DNA of 43,617 bases, taken from the NCBI GenBank assembly GCA_964397195.1, contig CAYNGY010000003.1, positions 135,836 through 179,452 of the forward strand. Direction: 5' to 3'. This DNA comes from an uncultured Gammaproteobacteria bacterium (lineage in GTDB: Bacteria; Patescibacteriota; Patescibacteriia; SBBC01; CAIJZX01). Each line of letters opens with the position of its first letter. Position 1 is the first letter of the stretch. The translations under genes were made by a program, and so were the position numbers. Of the stretch, positions 26,405-35,085 are shown one piece after another. The notes under the pieces were generated by a model. The model searched no databases and was not told where the DNA came from. It worked only from the letters and a program-made list of their open reading frames with translations.

Positions 26405-28120
26405 ATGTCGTACGCGCACGTTGTCCCACTCACTCATGTTGCCCCGGGCGCGCCACTTTTTACATACGACATTCCGTCGCCGAACGTCGTGTCTATTGGT
26501 TCCGTTGTGTTGGTGCCATGGCGTCAAACGACGGTTGAAGCGGTGGTCTGGGACGTGAGCCTAGAAGCGCAGACCACCGCGTCGTCCATCCGCTCGATTC
26601 TGGGGATTGTCCAAGAACAACCGGCTATCACCTTCTGGCAGCGGTGGTTTATCGATCAGGTCGTTGCCGCCTACGGTTTTTCACGTTCGACTCTGCTGTT
26701 GGCGGCGCGCCCACGCGCCTGGATACCCTTGTCTCGACCGGAATCGGCCGTACGGCCATCCAGTGGCCCGGCAGAGGTTTGGTGGGATCGCCATCGCTCG
26801 CAAACAATTGAACGAATGAGCGCGTGGGCCCTTCAAGATGGTTGGCGTTGTATTCTTGTGCCGAATCGGCAGACGGCCAAGGACCTGTCGGCACATTTTC
26901 CCGGCGCGCTGGTTCATGCCAGTTCGCCACAAACAGCGGCATTTGCTCGTCTGTACGAACGAGTCGCGGCCACTTCGTCTGGGTGTGTCATCGGAACGTG
27001 GTCCTCGCTGATCCTCCCGTTTCCGACGCCGCCGGGTATCTTGTGCGACGACGAAACGCAGCCAGCTTTCCATGAGCGTGATCGAGCGCCGTACTTTTCG
27101 GTCCCGCGGCTTCTTGATCGTCTTCGTATCCCTTCGGTCCGAACGACGAGCGCGCCGCGTCTTGATACGTACATGCGATGGCGCCCCGCTGTCCCGTCAT
27201 CGAGCGTCAGACGATCACTTGGCTCGCTCAGTTCAGCTCGCGATCGACGCTGGTTATCGGTTGAGCTAGAAACGTTGATGGCCGAAAAACCATGGAAAAA
27301 AATCTCGCTGTTCGCTCCACGATCTGGGTTTGCCTCAGTCATGGAGTGTGAACGCTGTGGACACCAGGTATCGTGTCAGAGCTGTGGCCAGTCATTACGT
27401 CTCGCCCGCGCCGATGCGCGGCACACACGTTGTCGAGCCTGCGGTACTATTCAAACCATGCCCGATAGCTGTCCGTCATGCCACGGCGTCGCCTGGAGGT
27501 ACCGTGGTTACGGCCTAGAAGCCTTCCAGGGGCTCTTACAGGCTCTCCAAGGCGAGTATCCGACTATTTCGCTTACCTTGTCCACCTATAAGGATCTGCC
27601 CCGCTGGCGGCCTCATGGCGACCAGGAGTTAGTAGTTTTTTTACTCGGGGAAGCGCTTCGAACGTGGCCTGATTTTTCGGCTGACGAGCGCGCTTGGCAA
27701 CTGTTGGCCCAGACTGAAGCGCGGCTTCTCGCCGATAGCGCTATTCACGTGCAATGCATCCACCCTGACGACACGTTCTGGCAGCGCTGGCGTTTTTCGT
27801 ATGATCAGGAATGGTATGAATCGGAACTTCTGCAGCGTCAGAAATATGCTATGCCGCCGGCAGTGGAACAATGGCTTCTTGTTCGTCCGGGACGGGATGT
27901 CTCCCAGGCTGAGCAGGAATTACAATCAATTTTTCGTCCGTGCATCGACTTGGTTCAATGGAAACGGATCGACCGACCCGGGCGGGCGGCAAATGCGGCT
28001 CGCCAATTGTTCGTGCTTCAGCCACGGGGTGACGGGCTGCTTGCGGATGTCTGTCGGCAGATTTTTCCATTGCCGCGGCCGTGGGAGGTTGACATGGATG
28101 TCGATTCTTGGGTAGCATAG
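26405..28120 (+). CDS. priA: PriA-like primosomal protein N' with degenerate helicase motifs
   Basis: N-terminal 'YAHVVPLTHV...LFTYDIP...GSVVLVPWRQTTVEAVVWDV' resembles the PriA 3'-DNA-binding domain. 'VIGTWSSLILPF' and 'SAPRLDTY' align to PriA. The Cys-rich module is 'CERCGHQVSCQSCG...RCRACG...CPSCHG'. The priA-def-fmt gene order is conserved. I used ATG 26405. Confidence 0.7.
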   Translation: MSYAHVVPLTHVAPGAPLFTYDIPSPNVVSIGSVVLVPWRQTTVEAVVWDVSLEAQTTASSIRSILGIVQEQPAITFWQRWFIDQVVAAYGFSRSTLLLAARPRAWIPLSRPESAVRPSSGPAEVWWDRHRSQTIERMSAWALQDGWRCILVPNRQTAKDLSAHFPGALVHASSPQTAAFARLYERVAATSSGCVIGTWSSLILPFPTPPGILCDDETQPAFHERDRAPYFSVPRLLDRLRIPSVRTTSAPRLDTYMRWRPAVPSSSVRRSLGSLSSARDRRWLSVELETLMAEKPWKKISLFAPRSGFASVMECERCGHQVSCQSCGQSLRLARADARHTRCRACGTIQTMPDSCPSCHGVAWRYRGYGLEAFQGLLQALQGEYPTISLTLSTYKDLPRWRPHGDQELVVFLLGEALRTWPDFSADERAWQLLAQTEARLLADSAIHVQCIHPDDTFWQRWRFSYDQEWYESELLQRQKYAMPPAVEQWLLVRPGRDVSQAEQELQSIFRPCIDLVQWKRIDRPGRAANAARQLFVLQPRGDGLLADVCRQIFPLPRPWEVDMDVDSWVA

Positions 28121-28128
28121 TTTGAACC

Positions 28129-28629
28129 ATGATTTCCATCGTCACTATTTTTGACGGTCAAAACGGGGCGATTCTCCATGAGCGCACCGCGGACGTTGAC
28201 GATGTCTTGCGCACTTCGACGGAGTTTGGCAACTTTGTGCGTGACCTGACCAAAACGATGGTACGGGCTAATGGCGTCGGCATCGCCGCGCCCCAAGTTG
28301 GTCGCCCGTGGCGAGTGGCGATCTTACAGCGCTCGGCTATCCCCGGGTTACGGCACCACCTCGTTATCATCAACCCGATCATTACGAACCCGAGTGCGCG
28401 TCAGATTGAGATGGAGGAAGGCTGCTTATCGATCCCGGGTGTGTTTGGGTTCGTGACTCGTCCCGAGGACGTGGTACTTGAGTATACGGATGTCGACGGT
28501 GCCCGACAACATCTCCGACTTGATGGGCTTGGTGCCCGTGTAGCTCAACACGAAGTTGACCACTTGGATGGTATTCTCTTCACCGATCGGAAACCTCGGA
28601 TTAGCGCCGGGGCTCACCTCTTACTATGA
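28129..28629 (+). CDS. def: Peptide deformylase
   Basis: 'GIAAPQVG', 'EGCLSIPG' and 'HEVDHLDG' are the three canonical motifs. Confidence 0.95.
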   Translation: MISIVTIFDGQNGAILHERTADVDDVLRTSTEFGNFVRDLTKTMVRANGVGIAAPQVGRPWRVAILQRSAIPGLRHHLVIINPIITNPSARQIEMEEGCLSIPGVFGFVTRPEDVVLEYTDVDGARQHLRLDGLGARVAQHEVDHLDGILFTDRKPRISAGAHLLL

Positions 28630-29567
28630 TTCGCATCGTTTTTTTTGGGACGGCGGAGTTCGGCATCGCCTCACTCCGACAGATTCGCACGGCTTCGGAT
28701 ATGGAGTGTGTGGCTATCGTGACGCAACCGCCACGGCCACAAGGTCGTAGTCTTTTAGCGACCCCGTCCCCGGTGGCTCGTTACGCTGCGTCCGTCGGGA
28801 TTCCGATCTTGGCGTGGGAGCGATTACGAGGCAGTGACGTTCTTTCAACCCTGGCGGCCCTGAAGCCGGATATACTGGTGGTGGCCTCATACGGCTTACT
28901 CATACCAAAAGAGATCTTGGATCTTACGCCAGCCAAGGCCATTAACATCCATGGGTCGATCTTACCGGCTGATCGCGGCGCCACACCTATTGAGACGGCG
29001 CTCTTTCGAGGTGATACAAAAACGGGCGTGACCTTCATGCAAATGACGCCTGGGTTAGATGATGGCCCGATTTTGGTCAGCTTTCCATATTCACTCCAGC
29101 CGCAGGATCGCGCGACGTCGGTTGAGGCAGCGCTCGCGCGGTTGGCGGCCGAACATGCGGTTGATACCATTCGCGGGGTTTCCGCCGGAACATTAATCGG
29201 CCAACCGCAAGACTCGCGACAAGCAACCATGACAAAAAAGTTACGACGTGAGGACGGTCGTTGTCTGTGGGAGGATGCTGGACAAGAGGAGCGCCGGATT
29301 CGCGCCTATGACCCATGGCCAGGCGCTTGGACAGAGTTTCGCGGTCGCCGCCTTAAGTTCCTTGATGCCCAGGTTGTCCCGCAAGCACTACCAGAAACGA
29401 CTGCGCCGGGGACCATTCTTGGTCTTTCCCAGTTTGGTGGGTGGGGCGTGGCGTGTCGGACTGGTGTTTTTGCGCCAATTAAAATTCAACTGGCTGGGAA
29501 ACAACCCCAATCGGCTCGATCGTTTCTGGATGTCTTTCCGGATGCAGTCGGTCAGGTATTTGATTGA
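28626..29567 (+). CDS. fmt: Methionyl-tRNA formyltransferase
   Basis: 'IVFFGTAEF', 'PPRPQGR', 'PDILVVASYGLLIP', 'INIHGSILP..RGATPI' and 'DDGPIL'. ATGA overlap with def. Confidence 0.95.
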   Translation: MIRIVFFGTAEFGIASLRQIRTASDMECVAIVTQPPRPQGRSLLATPSPVARYAASVGIPILAWERLRGSDVLSTLAALKPDILVVASYGLLIPKEILDLTPAKAINIHGSILPADRGATPIETALFRGDTKTGVTFMQMTPGLDDGPILVSFPYSLQPQDRATSVEAALARLAAEHAVDTIRGVSAGTLIGQPQDSRQATMTKKLRREDGRCLWEDAGQEERRIRAYDPWPGAWTEFRGRRLKFLDAQVVPQALPETTAPGTILGLSQFGGWGVACRTGVFAPIKIQLAGKQPQSARSFLDVFPDAVGQVFD

Positions 29568-31054
29568 CGACGGTGCTTGTCGGTCACCCAGAACCCGAGG
29601 TAACGGCCAAGCATCAGTCGGGACTGTGATTCGATGGCCGGTATCGACCCGAAAAGAATCATCGTGACCGGCAAGAACCCCCACTGCACAATCATGAACA
29701 CCCATTGGTACCATGGCACATGGTGTGGTTTTCGTGGCAACATCACTATGTTTAGCAACGCCGACAGCACCGCGCCAATGAGCGAAGCCACCATTAACCA
29801 TTTCAATATCATCGGAGCGTTGTGGGCCAGAACCGATGAGGATAGTTTTCCCGGATCGGCTCGAAATGGGAGCCAGCCCAGAATCATAATCAACATCGGT
29901 GCGACCGCCCACGAGTACATTCCTTCTAATTGATACCACGTATAGCGCAGTTTCGTTTGAAAGCTCATTAAGCTGCGGCTCATAAAGTTCCAAACCATAA
30001 ACGGGAAGTTTTCCGCACCATAGGCCCAGCGACGAATCTGCTTGTACTGATTTTTCAAACTCTCAAAAAAAGTCGGGGCTTGGATCGCATCCATCGAGAT
30101 CGGCAGGTACATTGGTGTCACTTCGTAGTCGCCGTCGTATCGGATAAGGCACTGAAGAAAAATGCGGGAATCTTCCGAAACGACATCTGTTTGCCAGAAG
30201 CCGACATCAACGAGCGCTTGCCACGGCATGGAGTGCGACGAGAACGTAAATAATCGGTCTGGACGCTGGGTGTCCCCCATCAGCCAAAACGTGGTGCTGT
30301 ACGAGACGACACGCATCCAGGGCAGTGCGTCCCAGATATTATTGTGAAAGAGCGGGATCGGCTGGTAACTGGTTCGTGTGGGGCGCGGGTGATGCGCATA
30401 AATCCACGCCAAGTATGCTAAGTATTGTGGGTGCAAAATTGAATCAGCGTCGATCGTTGTGACAATAATGTCCTGATACGGAATTTGACGTTCATCGATT
30501 CGTTGTTGCATGAGCCGGCCGGCAAAGGCGGTGTTCGAGCCTTTCCCAACCACATCGCCCGGTAATCCCGCCGGGTGGATCGTCAGACCGAACATGCCGA
30601 AGGTGTGCTCCCACTTGGCGGTGATTCGTTCATAGATCCCCGTACCCTGGAGTGGTGAGCGCTGTTCGGTGGCGAGGACGATGATTGTTTGTGCTGGGTG
30701 ATAAACAGACTGGGCGACAGCCGTCAGCGTTGCCTCAAGCACCGCCTCCGATTCGGCAACCGTCGGAATCATAATCAGGTGCCAAAGTTTGGTAGCCGGT
30801 TCATGTGCTTGAATTCTTTTTTTCCAATCGATAGCTTCAGTCGCCTGATACCGCCGGTAAGCGGCGCCGACGAAGACGCCGAGATACAAGATGCGGACGA
30901 ACCAATAGGTATCGAAGATCAGCGCAAAGCCGATGACTTGGACGGGCCAGACAAGGCAGGCCATGATGGCGAACGCAAAGGTCACCCAGACGGTTATGCC
31001 TGGCAGGGCCTCGAGTATTCGGTATTGCGTATGAGCGCTGAAACGCGTTTTCAT
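29552..31054 (-). CDS. Membrane-embedded processive family-2 glycosyltransferase (cellulose/chitin/hyaluronan-synthase-like)
   Basis: N-terminal and C-terminal TM bundles. 'TIDADS' (DxD), 'VVSEDSRIF' (ED) and 'QYKQIRRWAYG' (QxxRW) are hallmarks of processive beta-glycan synthases. Confidence 0.75.
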   Translation of the reverse strand: MKTRFSAHTQYRILEALPGITVWVTFAFAIMACLVWPVQVIGFALIFDTYWFVRILYLGVFVGAAYRRYQATEAIDWKKRIQAHEPATKLWHLIMIPTVAESEAVLEATLTAVAQSVYHPAQTIIVLATEQRSPLQGTGIYERITAKWEHTFGMFGLTIHPAGLPGDVVGKGSNTAFAGRLMQQRIDERQIPYQDIIVTTIDADSILHPQYLAYLAWIYAHHPRPTRTSYQPIPLFHNNIWDALPWMRVVSYSTTFWLMGDTQRPDRLFTFSSHSMPWQALVDVGFWQTDVVSEDSRIFLQCLIRYDGDYEVTPMYLPISMDAIQAPTFFESLKNQYKQIRRWAYGAENFPFMVWNFMSRSLMSFQTKLRYTWYQLEGMYSWAVAPMLIMILGWLPFRADPGKLSSSVLAHNAPMILKWLMVASLIGAVLSALLNIVMLPRKPHHVPWYQWVFMIVQWGFLPVTMILFGSIPAIESQSRLMLGRYLGFWVTDKHRRQSNT

Positions 31055-31088
31055 GGCCGGCAGACTCTACCGTTTCGAATGATGGCCG

Positions 31089-32591
31089 TCAATGGCCAAC
31101 CCGGACGATTGTCACCTTTCGTAATAAGGCTTTGGCGAGCGGTAGTCGGCTCCGGGAATGGCTGGAAAGGGTCAGGAGGATTTCCCCGCGGCGGACGCGT
31201 TTGCCAATTTTTCGATGCAGATAGACGCCGGCTAACTTATGATCAGGGGCACCGAGTGATCGGGCCAACTCATCAATCAGACGGTTATCAATGGCAACCA
31301 CTTTTCCGGTGCGTACAGACCGTATATCGGCGGTATACGCGCCTTTGAGCACATCATCCGGTTTGAGTTTTGCATTCCCGCCCTGGGCTTCGATTATGTC
31401 CTGCATTTTTTTCCAGGCTTGGCCGTTCTTGATTTGGGCGCGAGCGATGGCCGCTCCGGTCCCCCGCTTCGCGCGGCCACAGAGTTCCAGGAGTTGTCCA
31501 GCCAAGTGAATTCCTTTTGACTCTAAGTCATGAGGTCGGTCGGCGGTTTGCTGGAGAACCCGTACGACATCACGGGCTTCAAGAGCTGGTCCGACGCCGT
31601 TTCCAATCGGTTGTTTGGCTGGGTCGAACTGCACTTCAACCACCATCTTAAAGGCACGCCCGATGCGTTGAAATTTCTTGACCAGCGAATTCGCCACCTG
31701 ACGATTTGGAATTTTCGTGCCGTGGCCGTACGGCATGTCAATCACTAAATACCGCACGCCCATGGCCACTTTCTTGGCCATGATACTGACAATCATTTTA
31801 TCGTACGGCTCGAGGGATAATGGCCGAGAAACCCGAATAATGATGTCGTCGGCCGGGGCAATAGAGAGACCGCCGCCCCAGATCAGACATCCGCCGGTCG
31901 TTTGAACTATTTTTCTGACTGTCGCTCCGTCATGCGAAACAGGGGCTAGGACTTCCATAGTGTCCGCCGTTCCCGACGGTGAGGTGATCGCGCGGGATGA
32001 TGTTTTTGGTATGACCAACCCCAATGAGGCAATAATCGGGATGGCGATCATGGTGGTCCGATTACCGGCCAGACCGCCGACAGAGTGTTTGTCGACAACG
32101 TACTTCGTTCGCCAGGTAAACATCTCCCCCGTCTCAGCCATGGCTTTTACCATCCAGATCAACTCTTGCTCGGTATAGGGTTTGACGTACCCTGAGGAAA
32201 CGAAGTAGGTGGTTTCAATAGTGCCAAGTCGTCTGGAGACAATATCGGAAATGATCGCTTTGACGTCGGCCTCGGTAAACGTCTGGCCGAGGAGTTTTTT
32301 CTTAATGGCCTGAATTGAAGCTGGGCGCGAAATAACCTCGATCATCACAATCGAGCCCTCGCGTACTTTCAGAAGTTTCCACACATCGATAAAAATGCCT
32401 AAATCACCATGTCGGATGGAATGATGCGTGATATCAGCGATAACGTAGAGGGTGCGCTTTCCGGCCCGAATTTGCAGTTGATCGCCCGGATTAATACCTA
32501 GCGTTTCGGCGTCGTGGCCGCGAAGAAGCACAACCCGGGTGTCGCCACCGGTGTCGATATCAACTTGTCGAGCGCGAAGTGGGAAGGCCAT
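31089..32591 (-). CDS. deoA: AMP phosphorylase (archaeal-type DeoA / thymidine-phosphorylase family with N-terminal extension)
   Basis: An ~85 aa N-terminal domain ('RARQVDIDTGGDTRVVLL...INPGDQLQI') precedes the nucleoside-phosphorylase core ('VDKHSVGGLAGNRTT', 'TSSRAITSPSGTADT'). This architecture matches Thermococcus AMP phosphorylase. Confidence 0.8.
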   Translation of the reverse strand: MAFPLRARQVDIDTGGDTRVVLLRGHDAETLGINPGDQLQIRAGKRTLYVIADITHHSIRHGDLGIFIDVWKLLKVREGSIVMIEVISRPASIQAIKKKLLGQTFTEADVKAIISDIVSRRLGTIETTYFVSSGYVKPYTEQELIWMVKAMAETGEMFTWRTKYVVDKHSVGGLAGNRTTMIAIPIIASLGLVIPKTSSRAITSPSGTADTMEVLAPVSHDGATVRKIVQTTGGCLIWGGGLSIAPADDIIIRVSRPLSLEPYDKMIVSIMAKKVAMGVRYLVIDMPYGHGTKIPNRQVANSLVKKFQRIGRAFKMVVEVQFDPAKQPIGNGVGPALEARDVVRVLQQTADRPHDLESKGIHLAGQLLELCGRAKRGTGAAIARAQIKNGQAWKKMQDIIEAQGGNAKLKPDDVLKGAYTADIRSVRTGKVVAIDNRLIDELARSLGAPDHKLAGVYLHRKIGKRVRRGEILLTLSSHSRSRLPLAKALLRKVTIVRVGH

Positions 32592-32592
32592 A

Positions 32593-33567
32593 TTAGACTC
32601 GGGTCACAGCGACTGGGTGCGCCGGGCGGCGTCCAGCTAGTAATCCCGGTTTCGCCCCAACGTGTTGAATGACTGACTCCGAGTTTGCCGTGGCATACTG
32701 AAGCGCTTGCGGGACGTTTTTTGTCCGTATGTATGCGCCCACAAACCCACTCCCGAAAGCGTCACCCGCCCCGGTTGTATCGACGACACGAATTTGCCGG
32801 GTGGCGGAGTGCCAAGCTTGTGTCGCTGACCCGGCTAGGGCGCCTTCAGCGCCTTCGGTAATCAGGGTAATTCCGCTAACCTGTCGCCGGAGCGTTTCAA
32901 ATGCGCTTCGATCTTGATGGCGCGTATAGCCGAGCAAGGTTGCGGCCTCCTCTTGGTTGAGGGAAAAAACTGCCGTTTGCTTTATGAATGGGAGTAGCCG
33001 ACCATACCCGTGAGCTAGCTCTGCCGCGCCGGGGTTCCAAGCTATGTGGATCGATTCTTCGGCCGCATATTTCCAAATCCGCCGGATCGTATCGAGACGT
33101 CCACCAAGCGAGCTAATATACAGCCACTTCGGATGATGGTTTGCTAAACGAATGTTTTTTGGATCAATGTCGGCTGAAGCGCCGCGATAGACCAAAACGG
33201 TGCGCTCGCCGCGGCTGGTCAGCAAAAGCACAGAATATCCGGTCTCACGGACACGGTCGTAGACAACCGATGTCGTGTCGACATGTTCCTTTTTCAGGGC
33301 GAGTAGAACTTCGCGTCCGCGAGCATCATGGGCGCCGATTTTGCCAATAAAGCCCGTTTTGAGGTGCTGACGCGCGAACGAAACGGCCGTATTTGTCCCG
33401 CCGCCACCGGTCTCGAACAGAATATCGTCAACTTCGATTTTTGATCCTAAAGCAAAACACTCGGCCTCGCCGGTTGAAAAGGCATCGTCACGAATAATTT
33501 TTATGGCTCGGCTGCGCAGAAACACATCGCGGGTAGCAGCGCCGATGGTGATGACGTCGTAGTTCAT
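32593..33567 (-). CDS. PfkB/ribokinase-family sugar(-phosphate) kinase
   Basis: 'ETGGGGTNTAVSFAR' (GG motif) and 'VVDTTGAGDAFGSGFV' (the DTxGAGD ATP/anion-hole motif). Confidence 0.85.
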   Translation of the reverse strand: MNYDVITIGAATRDVFLRSRAIKIIRDDAFSTGEAECFALGSKIEVDDILFETGGGGTNTAVSFARQHLKTGFIGKIGAHDARGREVLLALKKEHVDTTSVVYDRVRETGYSVLLLTSRGERTVLVYRGASADIDPKNIRLANHHPKWLYISSLGGRLDTIRRIWKYAAEESIHIAWNPGAAELAHGYGRLLPFIKQTAVFSLNQEEAATLLGYTRHQDRSAFETLRRQVSGITLITEGAEGALAGSATQAWHSATRQIRVVDTTGAGDAFGSGFVGAYIRTKNVPQALQYATANSESVIQHVGAKPGLLAGRRPAHPVAVTRV

Positions 33568-34427
33568 AGGCGGATACGATGACGTGACCCGAACTGCGAC
33601 ATTTTTTCCATGACTACCTTTTGGACCGCGTCGCGGGCGGGCGCAAGCTCATGACGGGGATCAAAAACTGAACGATCAGCCGCGAGCGTTCGACGCAGGG
33701 CAGCGCTAAAGGCCAGACGCAGGTCGGTATCAATGTTAATCTTGGCAATGCCGGCCGCTATGGCCTGACGGATTTGGGCCGGAGGTGTGCCGCTCGCGCC
33801 GTGCAATACGAGCGGAATGGAAACGACTCGTCGAATCGCTCGTAATAATGGGAAGTCCAATTTTTCATCAGCTTCGGGCACTCCATGTGCATTTCCGATG
33901 GCCACGGCAAAGGCGACAACCCCAGTCGACCGAACAAAATGAACTGCGGCGGCGGGGTCCGTTTTTGTAAACCCGGCTCCGGTTTTCGGTCGCTTGGCGT
34001 CTTCAACGTACTTCACCTGACCTATTTCGCCTTCAACCCCGACCCCATACTTTTTTGCCGTAACGACAACACGCCGTGTCTGGGTGATGTTCTGCGCGTC
34101 TGGCAGTCGTGACCCGTCGAACATGATGCCGGTATATCCAGCCTTGAGACACTCGCTGGCGGTACGGTAGGACTTCCCGTGATCAAGATTTAGAACAATC
34201 GGAATGCGAGTCTTTTTGGCCAAGATGGTGACAATGGCAGTGAGCGTCGCCGCTCCGCCGGCATATGTTATTGCGGATTCGGAGGTGTTAATGATGACCG
34301 GCGAACGCTGGGCTTTTGCCGCGGCAATAACGGCCTGCGCTTGTTCAAGGTCAGAGATATTAAAAGCACCGACGGCATAGCGATCACGTTGGGCCTGCGT
34401 CACGACGCGTTGTAAGGTGGTCAGCAT
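33564..34427 (-). CDS. fba: Class II fructose-bisphosphate aldolase
   Basis: 'YAVGAFNI', 'LNLDHGKS', 'MFDGS', 'VEGEIG', 'AVAIGNAHG' and 'LVLHGASG'. ATG 34427 leaves a 13-nt gap to the upstream gene. The track's start at 34520 would overlap that gene by 80 nt. Confidence 0.85.
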   Translation of the reverse strand: MLTTLQRVVTQAQRDRYAVGAFNISDLEQAQAVIAAAKAQRSPVIINTSESAITYAGGAATLTAIVTILAKKTRIPIVLNLDHGKSYRTASECLKAGYTGIMFDGSRLPDAQNITQTRRVVVTAKKYGVGVEGEIGQVKYVEDAKRPKTGAGFTKTDPAAAVHFVRSTGVVAFAVAIGNAHGVPEADEKLDFPLLRAIRRVVSIPLVLHGASGTPPAQIRQAIAAGIAKINIDTDLRLAFSAALRRTLAADRSVFDPRHELAPARDAVQKVVMEKMSQFGSRHRIRL

Positions 34428-34440
34428 GTCAGGAAGTATA

Positions 34441-35085
34441 TCACACGAATGAAAGACTTTGTTGCAGTGCGTGCCACGCTGATCGCAGATACCGACTGCG
34501 GCGTCGCAGGTACGAACCAACGATGATAGTCGTCGTCCCCGCTTTGACGACGGCTGGAATGGTCGATGGGTTTAGACCGACGTCAGCGCTGATTTTTGTG
34601 GGCCGATAGAGGCGATGAATAGCGTGGATTCGGCGAACCGCCTTGGGATCTATCGGGGCGCCATTTTTTCCACTTTGGCCGGTCATAATATGCGCCCAAT
34701 TCAGCGGGGTGAGTCGGCGAAGGCGACTGATTGGCGTTGTGCATAATATCCCAATACCGACCCGCAAGCCGGCCGCTGTAGCCAACTGACGCGCGGTAAT
34801 AATTTCTGCGGCTTCAACATGCAAAATGACGCTTTTGGCCTGTGAGCGTCGAACCGCCTCGAGCCACACGTGTGGTTGTCGGGACATGACATGAACTGTT
34901 GTGCTAGCTGGGAGGCGCAAGCTTGCGAGAATTCGCGGGGTCAAAACATTGTTTCGCGTCAATGTCCCATCCGCCACATCAAGGTGGATCGGAACCTTTA
35001 GATTCGAATACTGGCGGAGCAGACGAGTCACCGACCGACGAGTGGTCGCTAGAATTGAGGGTTCAATGTGTACGGCCTTGTTCAT
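34441..35085 (-). CDS. rpe: Ribulose-phosphate 3-epimerase-like TIM-barrel protein (divergent)
   Basis: 'IEPSILA', 'IHLDVADG', 'VHVMS' and 'ISADVGLN' align with the Rpe metal and catalytic motifs (PSIL, H.DVMDG, DVHLM, VDGG), but several positions are substituted. The start at ATG 35085 overlaps the rpiB end by 23 nt. Confidence 0.6.
   Translation of the reverse strand: MNKAVHIEPSILATTRRSVTRLLRQYSNLKVPIHLDVADGTLTRNNVLTPRILASLRLPASTTVHVMSRQPHVWLEAVRRSQAKSVILHVEAAEIITARQLATAAGLRVGIGILCTTPISRLRRLTPLNWAHIMTGQSGKNGAPIDPKAVRRIHAIHRLYRPTKISADVGLNPSTIPAVVKAGTTTIIVGSYLRRRSRYLRSAWHALQQSLSFV

Noticed and set aside
25988-26527. A 179-aa minus-strand ORF.
   Set aside because: It is antisense to the LigB-like and priA-like genes and rich in Arg/Ser/Thr/Pro. 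It has no start context, no promoter and no recognisable domain.
29388-29993. A 201-aa minus-strand ORF overlapping the fmt 3' end and the GT2 synthase.
   Set aside because: It is on the same strand as the GT2 synthase but in another frame. The GT2 frame carries the conserved TM and motif content, and this one does not.
30689-31348. A 219-aa plus-strand ORF spanning the GT2 synthase / AMP phosphorylase junction.
   Set aside because: It is entirely antisense to two well-supported conserved genes. Its Arg/Gly/Pro-rich composition has no motifs and is typical of off-frame translation.
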